Positions 38,952 to 47,657 of a stretch of DNA of 64,000 bases are shown in pieces (within the stretch, counting starts at the first letter, position 1; every line of letters starts with the position of its first letter). The notes beneath the pieces were generated by a model. The model worked only from the letters and a program-made list of their open reading frames with translations. It ran no database searches and was not told the origin of the DNA. A program made the position numbers and the translations under genes. This DNA comes from a bacterium. Its GTDB lineage: Bacteria > Verrucomicrobiota > Verrucomicrobiia > Chthoniobacterales > UBA6821. Location of the stretch: the NCBI GenBank assembly GCA_021849805.1, contig JAJZSL010000002.1, positions 81,229 through 145,228 on the forward strand, in the 5' to 3' direction.

Positions 38952-39533
38952 ATGGCTAATTCTCAAGAAACCATAGAAGAGGATATAACACGTCCTTTAG
39001 ATCAAGCAGGTCAAGAAGGTGTGATTAAAGAAGGTGATACTTCTCAAACTGGAGAAGTGCCTCAAGCAGCACCCACAGAAAACATGACCGAAGAAGAAGA
39101 GTTCACTGCCCACCGAAAGGATGAACATCGTCTTGCAGAACAATCAGAAGAGGAGCCAGTTTCACTGGAGCAATTTGCTAAGGAGCTTACTTCAACATCT
39201 TCTCTTCCAAATGCAGTTTCCTCATTACCCGTAGCGTCACCTTCAGCAAAGGAAGAATCAGTGCTTCCTCCTGCTTTGGGAATCAGTACAAAAGCTAGTG
39301 CGCAACCTCTCGTGGATCCTCTTGATCTAGAAGTGGAATTGTCTTTTTCCTTAGGAAAAAAGTTGGTTCCACTCAAGGAGGTGAAGACGCTTCTGGAAGG
39401 CAAGTTTCTTTCTCTTGGTGGAACAGATTTTCAAGTAAGTATTTTGCTTGAGAAGAAAGTAATTGCTTTTGCCCAGCTGGTCTTAGTGGAGGGAGTTCCA
39501 TCGTTGCAGATTATCAAAAGTGTTACTCCTTGA
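38952..39533 (+). CDS. SpoA-domain protein (SctQ/FliN family) with an acidic disordered N-terminal half
   Basis: The C-terminal roughly 75 aa, LEVELSFSLGKKLVPLKEVKTLLEGKFLSLGG...VIAFAQLVLVEGVPSLQIIKSV, match the surface-presentation-of-antigens (FliN/SctQ C-terminal) pattern. Confidence 0.6.
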   Translation: MANSQETIEEDITRPLDQAGQEGVIKEGDTSQTGEVPQAAPTENMTEEEEFTAHRKDEHRLAEQSEEEPVSLEQFAKELTSTSSLPNAVSSLPVASPSAKEESVLPPALGISTKASAQPLVDPLDLEVELSFSLGKKLVPLKEVKTLLEGKFLSLGGTDFQVSILLEKKVIAFAQLVLVEGVPSLQIIKSVTP

Positions 39534-39572
39534 TATGTTCCTGTTTGATTAAAAGAAGAATGCCTTTAGGAA

Positions 39573-40769
39573 ATGAATCCTAGAATTTTATCCCGAAGGG
39601 TCCTGTCACCAGGAGGAGATATTGACACTTCTGATCTACAAGGAGTCGGGCTTTATCGTGGAAAAGAGATTAAGAAATCAAAATTTAATGATGATCTAGA
39701 ATTTGGTGTACATGATGAGGCAGACGATCAAGACGGTCAATCGGCAAGGAGTGATCATGTTGAATTAAAAAGTGCTTTTCAAAAAAAAGAAAAAAATGCT
39801 TTTGATGATCAGCAGAAGAGTCTTCCTGATTTTGATGAATTTGCTAGCTCTCCTGATTTTCAAAAATTCATGGCTCAGCTTAGGAGAAGTCAGCGAGGTG
39901 GAAATTATCAAGAAGTAGAAAATACGTTAAATTCTCTTTTTGAAGATCCAACGCTTAAAAATGCTGCTCTCAATGTTGCGCTCCGGTTACTCGGTGACCA
40001 AGCAGCTGATACTGACTTAAAAGAACTCTTGGAGCAAATGCTTCATGATTTGAATGAGAGCCATGGAGCTGAAATTCGAGCTGGTTATAATGTTTCTCAA
40101 GTTGCTGCATCCAGTATTAGTAATGAAGCTGAGCTTATCGCTGCACTTCGAGACTTCTATTGTCAAGTTATTTTTGGAGATCAAAATTTAATCACTAATT
40201 ATCGAACAATCATGAATTCTTTCCCTGAGCTCGATAAAATCAAACGGGATCAGAAAAAGAAAAAAAAGAAACAAGAGGAAAAAGAAGAAGAGCCCGATGG
40301 AAAAGAAGGTCAGCAAAGGCTTGAGAAAGCATTAGAGTTTCTTTTGCGTTCTCTAGCTGCTGAACTAAAATCAAATGCTCCTTCGCTAGAGCCTCCTTTA
40401 CTCAAGGCGGTGATGGATGGCTTGTGTCAAATGGAATTTTTCCGTAACGCTTATCGCTCTTTTCTACAAATGCTCACCAAAATGAACATTACTAACGCTG
40501 CTATCCCCGTAAAACCTTCTCGTCTTATTAATGAAATCTTGACTTGTATTAGTAAGGAAACGCTACTCGATGATGAGTTCTTACGTATTGCAGAAAAATT
40601 TTCTGTTCCTCCACTACAGCTCTCCATTGAGTTTCTAACACGTATCTATGAGATGATACGACTTTTTCCAGAAAGAATTTTCCCATCAACAGTCAATCGC
40701 GATCATTGCTTGAAAGCCGTACAATCTTCTCTTGATTCTGCTATTGCTCGAGAGAGTGAAGTGGCATGA
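39573..40769 (+). CDS. sctW: T3SS gatekeeper SctW (fused YopN/TyeA-type, HrpJ-like)
   Basis: 398 aa. HGAEIRAGYNVSQVAA resembles the YopN/MxiC-family AGLN signature. Its position directly upstream of the chaperone triplet and sctV supports the call. Confidence 0.72.
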   Translation: MNPRILSRRVLSPGGDIDTSDLQGVGLYRGKEIKKSKFNDDLEFGVHDEADDQDGQSARSDHVELKSAFQKKEKNAFDDQQKSLPDFDEFASSPDFQKFMAQLRRSQRGGNYQEVENTLNSLFEDPTLKNAALNVALRLLGDQAADTDLKELLEQMLHDLNESHGAEIRAGYNVSQVAASSISNEAELIAALRDFYCQVIFGDQNLITNYRTIMNSFPELDKIKRDQKKKKKKQEEKEEEPDGKEGQQRLEKALEFLLRSLAAELKSNAPSLEPPLLKAVMDGLCQMEFFRNAYRSFLQMLTKMNITNAAIPVKPSRLINEILTCISKETLLDDEFLRIAEKFSVPPLQLSIEFLTRIYEMIRLFPERIFPSTVNRDHCLKAVQSSLDSAIARESEVA

Positions 40770-40815
40770 AGAAGCGACTTTTTAATAACTAAGAGAATAA
40801 TCCATTGAAAATCTC

Positions 40816-41184
40816 ATGACGATTTCAAGTACTATTGAACAATTTCTTCAACAATGTGGCCTCCATGGTATCAGTATGGAAGAAGGAGGAAGCTTGAATC
40901 TGACTATTGAAGCAACTGGTAAACTTCAACTGCTTCATCGCCCCCCTCATTTTTTAATAGGAATCAATAGAAAAGTAGAAAATCTCTATTCCTTAGATGC
41001 ACGAAAAATTCTTGCTCGTGCTCATTATCGAGAAAAAAAAATCAAACCTCTCCACATGAGACTTCATGATAATGTATTGGGAATTTATTATATTTTCGGA
41101 GAACGAGAAATTGACTCTTCTCTTTTGTCAACGGCTCTAGATTCTCTCACCGAGCTAATAGAACAAATATTCCAAACGCTCTAA
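40816..41184 (+). CDS. Class I T3SS chaperone (SycN/Pcr2 position, CesT/SycE-like)
   Basis: 122 aa and acidic. The N-terminal IEQFLQQCGL...LNLTIEATGKLQL pattern is typical of CesT-fold chaperones, and synteny agrees. Confidence 0.5.
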   Translation: MTISSTIEQFLQQCGLHGISMEEGGSLNLTIEATGKLQLLHRPPHFLIGINRKVENLYSLDARKILARAHYREKKIKPLHMRLHDNVLGIYYIFGEREIDSSLLSTALDSLTELIEQIFQTL

Positions 41185-41192
41185 ATTTTTTA

Positions 41193-41579
41193 ATGGAGTT
41201 TAAACCGATTTCCCCATTTGATTTTAGAAGTGATGGGCTGACGCTCTTACCATCAGATCGCCCACAAAAGCTTCCTCCACAAAAGCTTTCTCCTCCTTCT
41301 CTGGGAGAAACACCCGCACTCACAAAATTACAGGAGCTCTTCCAGAGCAATCAGCTAGAAAATCTTGAGTTGAATTCGATGGCACTTGCTCAAGAAACGC
41401 TTAATGTTCTTGCTCAAGAGACACTCAAGTCCTTGATAGCTGATACCTCTTCTTTACTCAAAGCTGCAAACGGCATTGCTCCCATCCATGAAATCGAAGA
41501 GGTGGCTGCAATGTTCAATGAAGAATTGATGAACCAAGAACTTCTTGCTGCTTTACGAAGGACAATTCTTGGAGGCTGA
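41193..41579 (+). CDS. Small T3SS-associated protein in the YscX/Pcr3 position
   Basis: The call rests on size (128 aa) and position only. It starts 8 nt after the preceding chaperone gene. I recognise no sequence motif. Confidence 0.3.
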   Translation: MEFKPISPFDFRSDGLTLLPSDRPQKLPPQKLSPPSLGETPALTKLQELFQSNQLENLELNSMALAQETLNVLAQETLKSLIADTSSLLKAANGIAPIHEIEEVAAMFNEELMNQELLAALRRTILGG

Positions 41580-41602
41580 ATGTTGATTTCAAATCATCAA
41601 AA

Positions 41603-41977
41603 ATGCTCTCTACATGTCTTATGTTACAAGAAAAGCAATATACTCCTCGAGAACGCTTACATGCACTCTTAGATTTATTAAGTTACTTTTACATGACTTA
41701 TGGAAAACCGGAGCGAGCCTGTTCTTACTTGCGCTTGCTCACGAAACTAATGCCCGGTGACCATCGTCTTTTAAGATCACTAGCACGTAGTGAAATGGAA
41801 TCAGGCAATGCAGAGGTTGCCAGAGAAATCTTGGAGCGTCATTTGACCATGACCATGACATCAGAAGAGAGGGCTGCCACGCTCCTTCTCTTGAGTAGGG
41901 TTTTTTTGAGGTTAGAACAACTAGAAAACTCTTCTCAAGCTATCGCTCAATTTTTAGAAATCAAAAAAAGAAACTAA
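41603..41977 (+). CDS. TPR-like T3SS chaperone in the YscY/Pcr4 position
   Basis: 124 aa of helical TPR-like repeats (LSYFYMTYGKPERACSYLRLLTKLMPGDHRLLRSLARSEMESGNAEVAREIL), immediately upstream of sctV. Confidence 0.5.
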   Translation: MLSTCLMLQEKQYTPRERLHALLDLLSYFYMTYGKPERACSYLRLLTKLMPGDHRLLRSLARSEMESGNAEVAREILERHLTMTMTSEERAATLLLLSRVFLRLEQLENSSQAIAQFLEIKKRN

Positions 41978-42132
41978 GAGACTAAACTGCTAGCACCATC
42001 AACTATTCCTTCGAAAAACCAGATTATTTTTTGATGATTTCTTTTTTAAGAAAGGCTGTTCATACTCCAAAATTTCAAAAAGCCAACGTGGAGTGATTCT
42101 ACTCCTTTCTAAGCAAACCAAAGAGCTCTTTA

Positions 42133-44250
42133 ATGAATGAATTTCTAGAACAGTTTCAAACGTGGATTACACGTTCTAAGAAATTTGGTGATTTCTATAT
42201 AGCATTTCTCATTGTTGCTATTATTGCTCTTTTTATTCTGCCAGTTCCCTCTTGGCTCCTCGATGGTCTGATTTCACTTAATCTTACCATCTCCATCATT
42301 ATGCTCATGATGGCTCTCTATGTGCCTAACGTCTTGGCGTTTTCCACTTTTCCAAGTTTACTTTTGATTACAACGCTCTTTCGATTGTCACTCAATATCA
42401 CCTCCACACGCATGATTCTGTTGGACGGTTACGCAGGAGAAATTATTTATGCGTTTGGAAATTTTGTTGTAGGAGGGAACTTTGTAGTTGGTGTTGTCAT
42501 TTGGATGATTTTGCTCGTTGTCCAATTTATTGTTGTCACCAAAGGTGCAGAACGTGTTGCAGAAGTCGCTGCTCGATTCACTCTTGATGCCATGCCCGGT
42601 AAGCAAATGAGTATTGATGCTGATATGAGAGCTGGGGTCATTGATATCAAGGAAGCTCAGAAACGACGTCATAATGTTGAGAAAGAGAGCCAAGTCTTCG
42701 GTTCCATGGATGGTGCTATGAAATTTGTTAAAGGAGATGCCATTGCAACGCTCATCATTGTTTCCATCAACGTGATTGCTGGAATTACGATTGGTGTTTT
42801 ACAAAAAAAAATGCAGTTAGGCACTGCAGTACAAAATTACTCCATTCTCTCTATTGGAGATGCTCTCGTTTCTCAAATTCCTGGATTACTTATCACCATT
42901 ACAGCAGGTATTATTGTTACTCGTGTTGGTTCTGAAGAAAAAACGGGACTTGGAACGGACATTTTCTCTCAGGTTCTAGCAATTCCTAAAGCTTTGTTGA
43001 TTGCTGGAACAATTCTTCTCTTTTTTGCTATTGTTCCTGGATTTCCAAAAATCCAATTTGGATTTTTATCTATCATCGTTCTTGTATTCGGTTACATGCT
43101 CGATCATGGATCAATACCAATGCTGAAGAAAGGAGGGAGCCTGCTACTTTCTCCTGGTGCAAAAAAACCATCAGCAGCCCCGGGAGAGCCTTCAGTAGGA
43201 GATGGAAAAGAAACTTCCCATGAGGAAGAGTTTTCGATCACTGTTCCTGTTTTGTTAGAAATCGATGCTGCTATTCAAGAATTCATTTCTCCTGATGCGC
43301 TCAATACAGAACTCATCCAAGTAAGACGTGCTCTTTATCATGATTTAGGTGTTCCTTTTCCTGGAATCCACTTGCGTTTTAATGAGAATCTCAAAAAAGG
43401 AGAATACCAGCTCTTATTACAAGAAGTCCCTATGTCCTCAGGTCTTTTGCGTCCAGAATTTCTCTATGTGCGTGAAAGTCAGGAACACCTCTTAGCTTTT
43501 CATATTCCCTTTGACCCTGTTCAATCCCCTCCAGATCAGATTCCTGCTGTTTGGGTCGCTCTAGCACAAAAAGGACTTCTAGAGCAAATCGGTCTTACTG
43601 GAATGGATTCCTCTAAGCTTTTAAGTTTTCATATTTCTCTTGTACTCAAAAAATATGCTGCAGATTTTATTGGTCTTCAAGAAACCAGAAAACTTCTTTC
43701 TCAAATGGAAGCAGACAATGCAGAAGTGGTTCGCGAAGTTCAACGGGTTTTGCCTCCGACAAAAATTGCAGAAGTTCTTCAACGTTTAGTTCAAGAAGAA
43801 ATTTCTATTCGCAATCTACGTACTATTTTTCAAGCTCTTATTGAATGGGCTCCCAAAGAAAAAGATGTATTACTACTCACCGAATATGTACGTATTGCTC
43901 TTCGTCGTTACATTAGCTACCACTTCAGTGGTGGAAGAAATGTTCTTGTGGCCTACATTTTGGAGCCAAGTGCTGAGGAACAGATTAGGAAATCTATTCG
44001 ACAAACCTCTGCAGGTAGTTTCTTGGCTATGGAACCTGTCATGAGTAAGAAGCTTATTGATGCTGTCAAAAACCAAGTGGGCGATCTTGCTCACAAGGAA
44101 CGACCTCCTGTTCTACTGGCTTCTATGGATGTACGCCGCTATATGAAAAAACTTATTGAGCTTGATATTCCTCAGTTAGCAGTGCTCTCTCTTCAGGAAA
44201 TAACAGAAGAAATCAATGTACAGCCTCTAGGCCGCATTGGGATTAATTAG
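42133..44250 (+). CDS. sctV: T3SS export apparatus major subunit SctV (LcrD/InvA/FHIPEP family)
   Basis: 705 aa. FHIPEP signatures are present: FPSLLLITTLFRLSLNITSTRMIL, VVQFIVVTKGAERVAEVAARFTLDAMPGKQMSIDAD, and GSMDGAMKFVKGDAIA. Confidence 0.95.
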   Translation: MNEFLEQFQTWITRSKKFGDFYIAFLIVAIIALFILPVPSWLLDGLISLNLTISIIMLMMALYVPNVLAFSTFPSLLLITTLFRLSLNITSTRMILLDGYAGEIIYAFGNFVVGGNFVVGVVIWMILLVVQFIVVTKGAERVAEVAARFTLDAMPGKQMSIDADMRAGVIDIKEAQKRRHNVEKESQVFGSMDGAMKFVKGDAIATLIIVSINVIAGITIGVLQKKMQLGTAVQNYSILSIGDALVSQIPGLLITITAGIIVTRVGSEEKTGLGTDIFSQVLAIPKALLIAGTILLFFAIVPGFPKIQFGFLSIIVLVFGYMLDHGSIPMLKKGGSLLLSPGAKKPSAAPGEPSVGDGKETSHEEEFSITVPVLLEIDAAIQEFISPDALNTELIQVRRALYHDLGVPFPGIHLRFNENLKKGEYQLLLQEVPMSSGLLRPEFLYVRESQEHLLAFHIPFDPVQSPPDQIPAVWVALAQKGLLEQIGLTGMDSSKLLSFHISLVLKKYAADFIGLQETRKLLSQMEADNAEVVREVQRVLPPTKIAEVLQRLVQEEISIRNLRTIFQALIEWAPKEKDVLLLTEYVRIALRRYISYHFSGGRNVLVAYILEPSAEEQIRKSIRQTSAGSFLAMEPVMSKKLIDAVKNQVGDLAHKERPPVLLASMDVRRYMKKLIELDIPQLAVLSLQEITEEINVQPLGRIGIN

Positions 44251-44450
44251 AGCGTTCAACTAAAGTCATAACTGTGCATGAGAGCATCATTCCAATGATC
44301 ATTTTCTCATGGTTCTTCAACAGCATGAAGAATAATCATTTTAATTCTTTCATTTTTTTTTTCTTTATTTATAACGATGCTTTTTCCATGAAACAACAAT
44401 GCTTGTTATTCTCGATAATGCTCAAGAAAGTCTCATGAGCATTTGATATT

Positions 44451-45860
44451 ATGAGTCTCGAAAAACCATGGCTGCTTAAAGTCCTTAATGGGCCTAATGC
44501 AGGAGCTCAAATTTTGATTTCAAAGGAAGTTACCATTGGTACTTCACTTCAAAGTGATCTTATTTTAAATGATCCTCACATTGCTGCTACCCACTGTAAG
44601 ATTGAAAAACTCAAGAAAGAGGAGGGATTCCAAGTTATTGCCTCTGATGGAGCTATTTTTATTAATGGTATTGAAGTAAGTGAGAAAGAGAATCTCTTAA
44701 AGCTAGGAGATGTCTTAACACTTGGAAGTACGCATTTGACGGGAGGTCCTAGCGAAGAGCTTTGGCCGCCTATTAAGATTCCAGAAATTAAAGAAATAGG
44801 ATCAGCTCCTCAACAAGAAGAAAAAAATTCTCTTCCTAAAGAAACTTCAGGAGAACTCAACATAACCAAGAAAAAAAGCTTTTCTAATTTATCACTTACG
44901 ATTCTCGTTGTTGTAGGAGCTTGTGTTTTTATGGGTTTGGCGCTCTTTAAGTGGATTGCTCATAAAAATCTCATGCTTCCAAGAGCTCAATTCCAGCCAT
45001 CATTTTTTGATCAAGATGACAAAAGTCTCCTCACCAAGCAACAGGCTAGTGCAGAAGCTGTCGTAGCATTGTTGAAGAAAAAATTTCCCAAAAATACTAT
45101 TAAAGTAGTTCAAAGAAATGAAGGAACGATGCTTTATATCTACGTGCATGATCAACTTCAAAACGACTATGTTCGCAAGACCATGAATGAAATGAGCCTC
45201 CCAATAGCTTGTAACATTATTAATATTAGTGACATTGATGATAGTGGATTAGCCATGATGAAAGCGCTCCATTTTGCTGTTTCCATGGCTGTTGATGAAA
45301 ATACCGGCAAAGTAACCTGGAATGGTTATCTCCCCAATGAGGAGCTTTTTAATCTCATGAAAAGCCAGATTCAGCGAGATCTTCCAGCTATTACCGAAGA
45401 AGAGTTTCAGATTATTCTGGGTGAAGATGCTCGGGAGAAAATACGTGCCATACTATCGAAAAACTATTTTTCAAATATCACTATAACGCCTGAGCGTGAA
45501 AATATAACTTTAACAGGTATGATTGGAGTAGGTGAGAGCATGCGTTGGGAGAAAGTATTAAAAGAACTTGATGATGCTTTTAAGCAGCGGATTAAATTCT
45601 CCAACATGGTTACTATTAATTCTGGAGCCATAAGAGCACATGGATTTTTTAATGCTCCAGTTGTTTCTATTTCAATCTCCTCATTTCCTTATGCCATCCT
45701 TCAAAATGGAGAGCGCATTTTCCTTGGTGCAAGAGCCAATAATGGTTACGTTGTTGACTCCATTACTAGCAATGGTATTGAGCTAGTTAATCATGGTGAA
45801 CGGAAAATTGTTCCTCTCATGGGTCAGTCAACAACTGCAGAAATCGATTTTTGTAAATAA
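44451..45860 (+). CDS. sctD: T3SS inner-membrane ring protein SctD (YscD-like, N-terminal FHA-like domain)
   Basis: The N-terminus is FHA-like (LLKVLNGPNAGAQILISKEVTIGTSLQSDLILNDPHIAATHCKI). There is a single central transmembrane helix (LSLTILVVVGACVFMGLALFKWI). The periplasmic region has a YscD-like C-terminal end (PYAILQNGERIFLGA...VVDSITSNGIELV). Confidence 0.75.
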   Translation: MSLEKPWLLKVLNGPNAGAQILISKEVTIGTSLQSDLILNDPHIAATHCKIEKLKKEEGFQVIASDGAIFINGIEVSEKENLLKLGDVLTLGSTHLTGGPSEELWPPIKIPEIKEIGSAPQQEEKNSLPKETSGELNITKKKSFSNLSLTILVVVGACVFMGLALFKWIAHKNLMLPRAQFQPSFFDQDDKSLLTKQQASAEAVVALLKKKFPKNTIKVVQRNEGTMLYIYVHDQLQNDYVRKTMNEMSLPIACNIINISDIDDSGLAMMKALHFAVSMAVDENTGKVTWNGYLPNEELFNLMKSQIQRDLPAITEEEFQIILGEDAREKIRAILSKNYFSNITITPERENITLTGMIGVGESMRWEKVLKELDDAFKQRIKFSNMVTINSGAIRAHGFFNAPVVSISISSFPYAILQNGERIFLGARANNGYVVDSITSNGIELVNHGERKIVPLMGQSTTAEIDFCK

Positions 45861-45866
45861 AAACGT

Positions 45867-46130
45867 ATGATCAATAGTAAAAAACAGGTTATGGAGATGG
45901 GAGTTTCTCTTCAAAACGATTGCAATGGACAGTATCGGCAAATGCTTCGCAATCGCATTCTTGCTTTACGTCAAAAAACAGAGCACAAACTTACTGAAGA
46001 AAAAGATCATCCAAAAATGAAACGTCTTGAAGCAATGATGCGAGCCTTGATGATTGCTGATCGGATTTTGGATAAATTATTTGCTGCAGAGCCTCATGAA
46101 ATGAATGCTCAAAGTCGTATCGTAGAATAG
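45867..46130 (+). CDS. Small helical protein in the SctE (YscE) position
   Basis: 87 aa, starting 6 nt after the sctD stop. The composition suggests a helical hairpin. The assignment is by position only. Confidence 0.3.
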   Translation: MINSKKQVMEMGVSLQNDCNGQYRQMLRNRILALRQKTEHKLTEEKDHPKMKRLEAMMRALMIADRILDKLFAAEPHEMNAQSRIVE

Positions 46131-46205
46131 TTCTTATGAACTTCTCTCATTGAGAGAGGAAGTCAGGGAGTATCTTTTCAAAAGACCTAATTGCTACTCC
46201 TTGTA

Positions 46206-46295
46206 TGGCGGAGGGGGTGGGATTCGAACCCACGAAGGCTTGAAGACCTCTCCGGTTTTCAAGACCGGTGCAATCAACCACTCTACCACCCCTCC
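46206..46295 (-). tRNA. tRNA-Ser (anticodon UGA), CCA encoded
   Basis: The reverse complement reads GGAGGGGUGGUAGAGUGGUUGAUUGCACCGGUCUUGAAAACCGGAGAGGUCUUCAAGCCUUCGUGGGUUCGAAUCCCACCCCCUCCGCCA. The acceptor stem is 7 bp, the anticodon loop is CUUGAAA, the variable arm is long, and the T-loop is GGUUCGAAUCC. Confidence 0.92.
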
Positions 46296-46375
46296 AAAAA
46301 GTCCTCCCTCATTGATTTTAGGTTTAAAATGACGGAGAAGGAAAAGCTATTCTACGCTATCTTTCAAAAACTTGA

Positions 46376-46394
46376 AAGAGAGTACTGCTCTCTT
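46376..46394 (-). terminator. Possible intrinsic terminator downstream of the EVE-domain gene
   Basis: A 7-bp perfect stem (aagagag / ctctctt) with a 5-nt loop. On the minus strand it is followed by tcaagttttt. The stem is short and the U-tract is offset. Confidence 0.3.
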
Positions 46395-46426
46395 GAGTTT
46401 TTCTAAAAATGCTATAGATGGTAGTT

Positions 46427-46903
46427 TTAATTTTTCGCATGTTGACCCAATTCTAAAATTCTTAAAAACTCTTTTTCTTTTAGTGGCATCACACTAAGGC
46501 GAGATTGTTTGAGTAGTGGTATTTCCAAGAGATGAGGATCAGCTTTTATTTGAGCTAAGGAGAGAGGATGTTTTAGGGTAAATAATGCTTTAAGATCAAC
46601 AGCACTCCAATTCTCTCCAGGTGAGGTTGGATCAGGATAAGCGGTTTTAATGACGGTGGCAACACCGACGACACTTGGGTTACTCACACTATGGTAAAAA
46701 AGTACCTGATCTCCTAGATGCATAGATCGAAGATGGTTGCGTGCCTGAAAATTTCTTACACCAGTCCATGACGTTGCTCCTTCTTTGAGAAAAGTATCCC
46801 AGCTATAAGCGGTTGGCTCTTGCTTCACTAACCAATAATGTGCTCCTTGAGAGGCAAGCGAAGATCCTGAGTGATGATTTGTTTCCAATTTTTTGGTGAC
46901 CAT
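46427..46903 (-). CDS. EVE (PUA-like) domain protein
   Basis: YWLVKQEPTAYSWDTF...WTGVRNFQARNHLRSMHLGDQVLFYHS...VVGVATVIKTAYPDPT matches the EVE/thymocyte-nuclear-protein-like pattern. Confidence 0.8.
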   Translation of the reverse strand: MVTKKLETNHHSGSSLASQGAHYWLVKQEPTAYSWDTFLKEGATSWTGVRNFQARNHLRSMHLGDQVLFYHSVSNPSVVGVATVIKTAYPDPTSPGENWSAVDLKALFTLKHPLSLAQIKADPHLLEIPLLKQSRLSVMPLKEKEFLRILELGQHAKN

Positions 46904-46969
46904 AGAAATCTTGTCGTACTTATTAGTGCTCTTTAAAATAGAAGAAAATATTCAACGTAAATCACTCTC

Positions 46970-47629
46970 ATGTCTATCTTATCACCATCGGGTCTTTTTA
47001 TTACATTTGAAGGCTCAGAGGGATGTGGCAAGTCAACCCAGATTAGCGCACTTGCAAAATATATCACTCAAAAAAAAGGGGATCGAGAGCTTCTTCGCCT
47101 TCGTGAGCCTGGTAGTACTGAACTAGGAGAGAAAATTCGTTCTCTTTTAACTCAAGAGGAGAGCGGAATTTCTATGCGAGCAGAAACAGAACTTTTGCTT
47201 TTTGCTGCAAGTCGAGCACAACTGGTTGGTGAAGTGATTGCCCCAGCTCTCCAGCGAGGTGCAATCGTTCTCTGCGATCGTTTCCTAGATTCTACTACTG
47301 TTTATCAAGGAGTAGCCCGTGCTCTTAAAGCAGAAGATACAGCTGTTGTGAATCGTCTTGCCACAGGCAATTTGCTTCCAGATATTACTATTCTACTCGA
47401 TCTTGAAACTTCTCTCGCACAGGCTCGTATGCTCAAGCGCAATAAAAAGTCCTCAAGATTTGACCGCATGGAGCAGGAGCCAGTATCATTTTATGAAGCT
47501 GTGCGCTCTGGATATCTAGCACTAGCACAGAGAGAACCTCAGCGTTGGATTATTATTGATGCTTCTAGAAAACGAGATCGTGTGACCGAAGAAATCATCA
47601 GTAGCCTCCATCAACGAGGAGTGCTATAG
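46970..47629 (+). CDS. tmk: Thymidylate kinase
   Basis: The P-loop is ITFEGSEGCGKSTQ, the DRF motif is LCDRFLDST, and the size is 219 aa. Confidence 0.9.
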   Translation: MSILSPSGLFITFEGSEGCGKSTQISALAKYITQKKGDRELLRLREPGSTELGEKIRSLLTQEESGISMRAETELLLFAASRAQLVGEVIAPALQRGAIVLCDRFLDSTTVYQGVARALKAEDTAVVNRLATGNLLPDITILLDLETSLAQARMLKRNKKSSRFDRMEQEPVSFYEAVRSGYLALAQREPQRWIIIDASRKRDRVTEEIISSLHQRGVL

Positions 47630-47657
47630 CCAATTTTTCGCTCAGAGAATTAAGACA

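Noticed and set aside
42133-44250. Reading the FHIPEP protein and the SpoA protein as flagellar FlhA and FliN.
   Set aside because: The neighbours are SctW-type gatekeeper, CesT- and TPR-type chaperones and an FHA-type SctD. These are specific to non-flagellar T3SS, and no flagellar genes are present.
44251-44450. An AT-rich 200-bp gap before sctD containing a T10 run and a possible 47-codon hydrophobic ORF.
   Set aside because: The ORF product (MIIFSWFFNS...) looks like translated AT-rich spacer. I could not find a convincing promoter hexamer pair.
46139-46164. A hairpin (acttctctc ... gagaggaagt) after the sctE-like gene, considered as an intrinsic terminator.
   Set aside because: The stem has a bulge and the nearest T-run is about 10 nt away and short, which is not convincing.
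38249-46295. The T3SS locus as a genomic island integrated at the 3' end of tRNA-Ser.
   Set aside because: The orientation fits, since the tRNA 3' end faces the locus. However, I see no integrase and no partial copy of the tRNA 3' end at the left border (38249-38307). Composition also looks similar to the flanks. The idea remains possible only as an ancient event.
46150-46406. Two plus-strand ORFs of 60 and 71 aa.
   Set aside because: They overlap the clearly folded tRNA-Ser(UGA) gene on the opposite strand, and the GGGGG/IRTHEG-type translation is simply the tRNA sequence read as protein.
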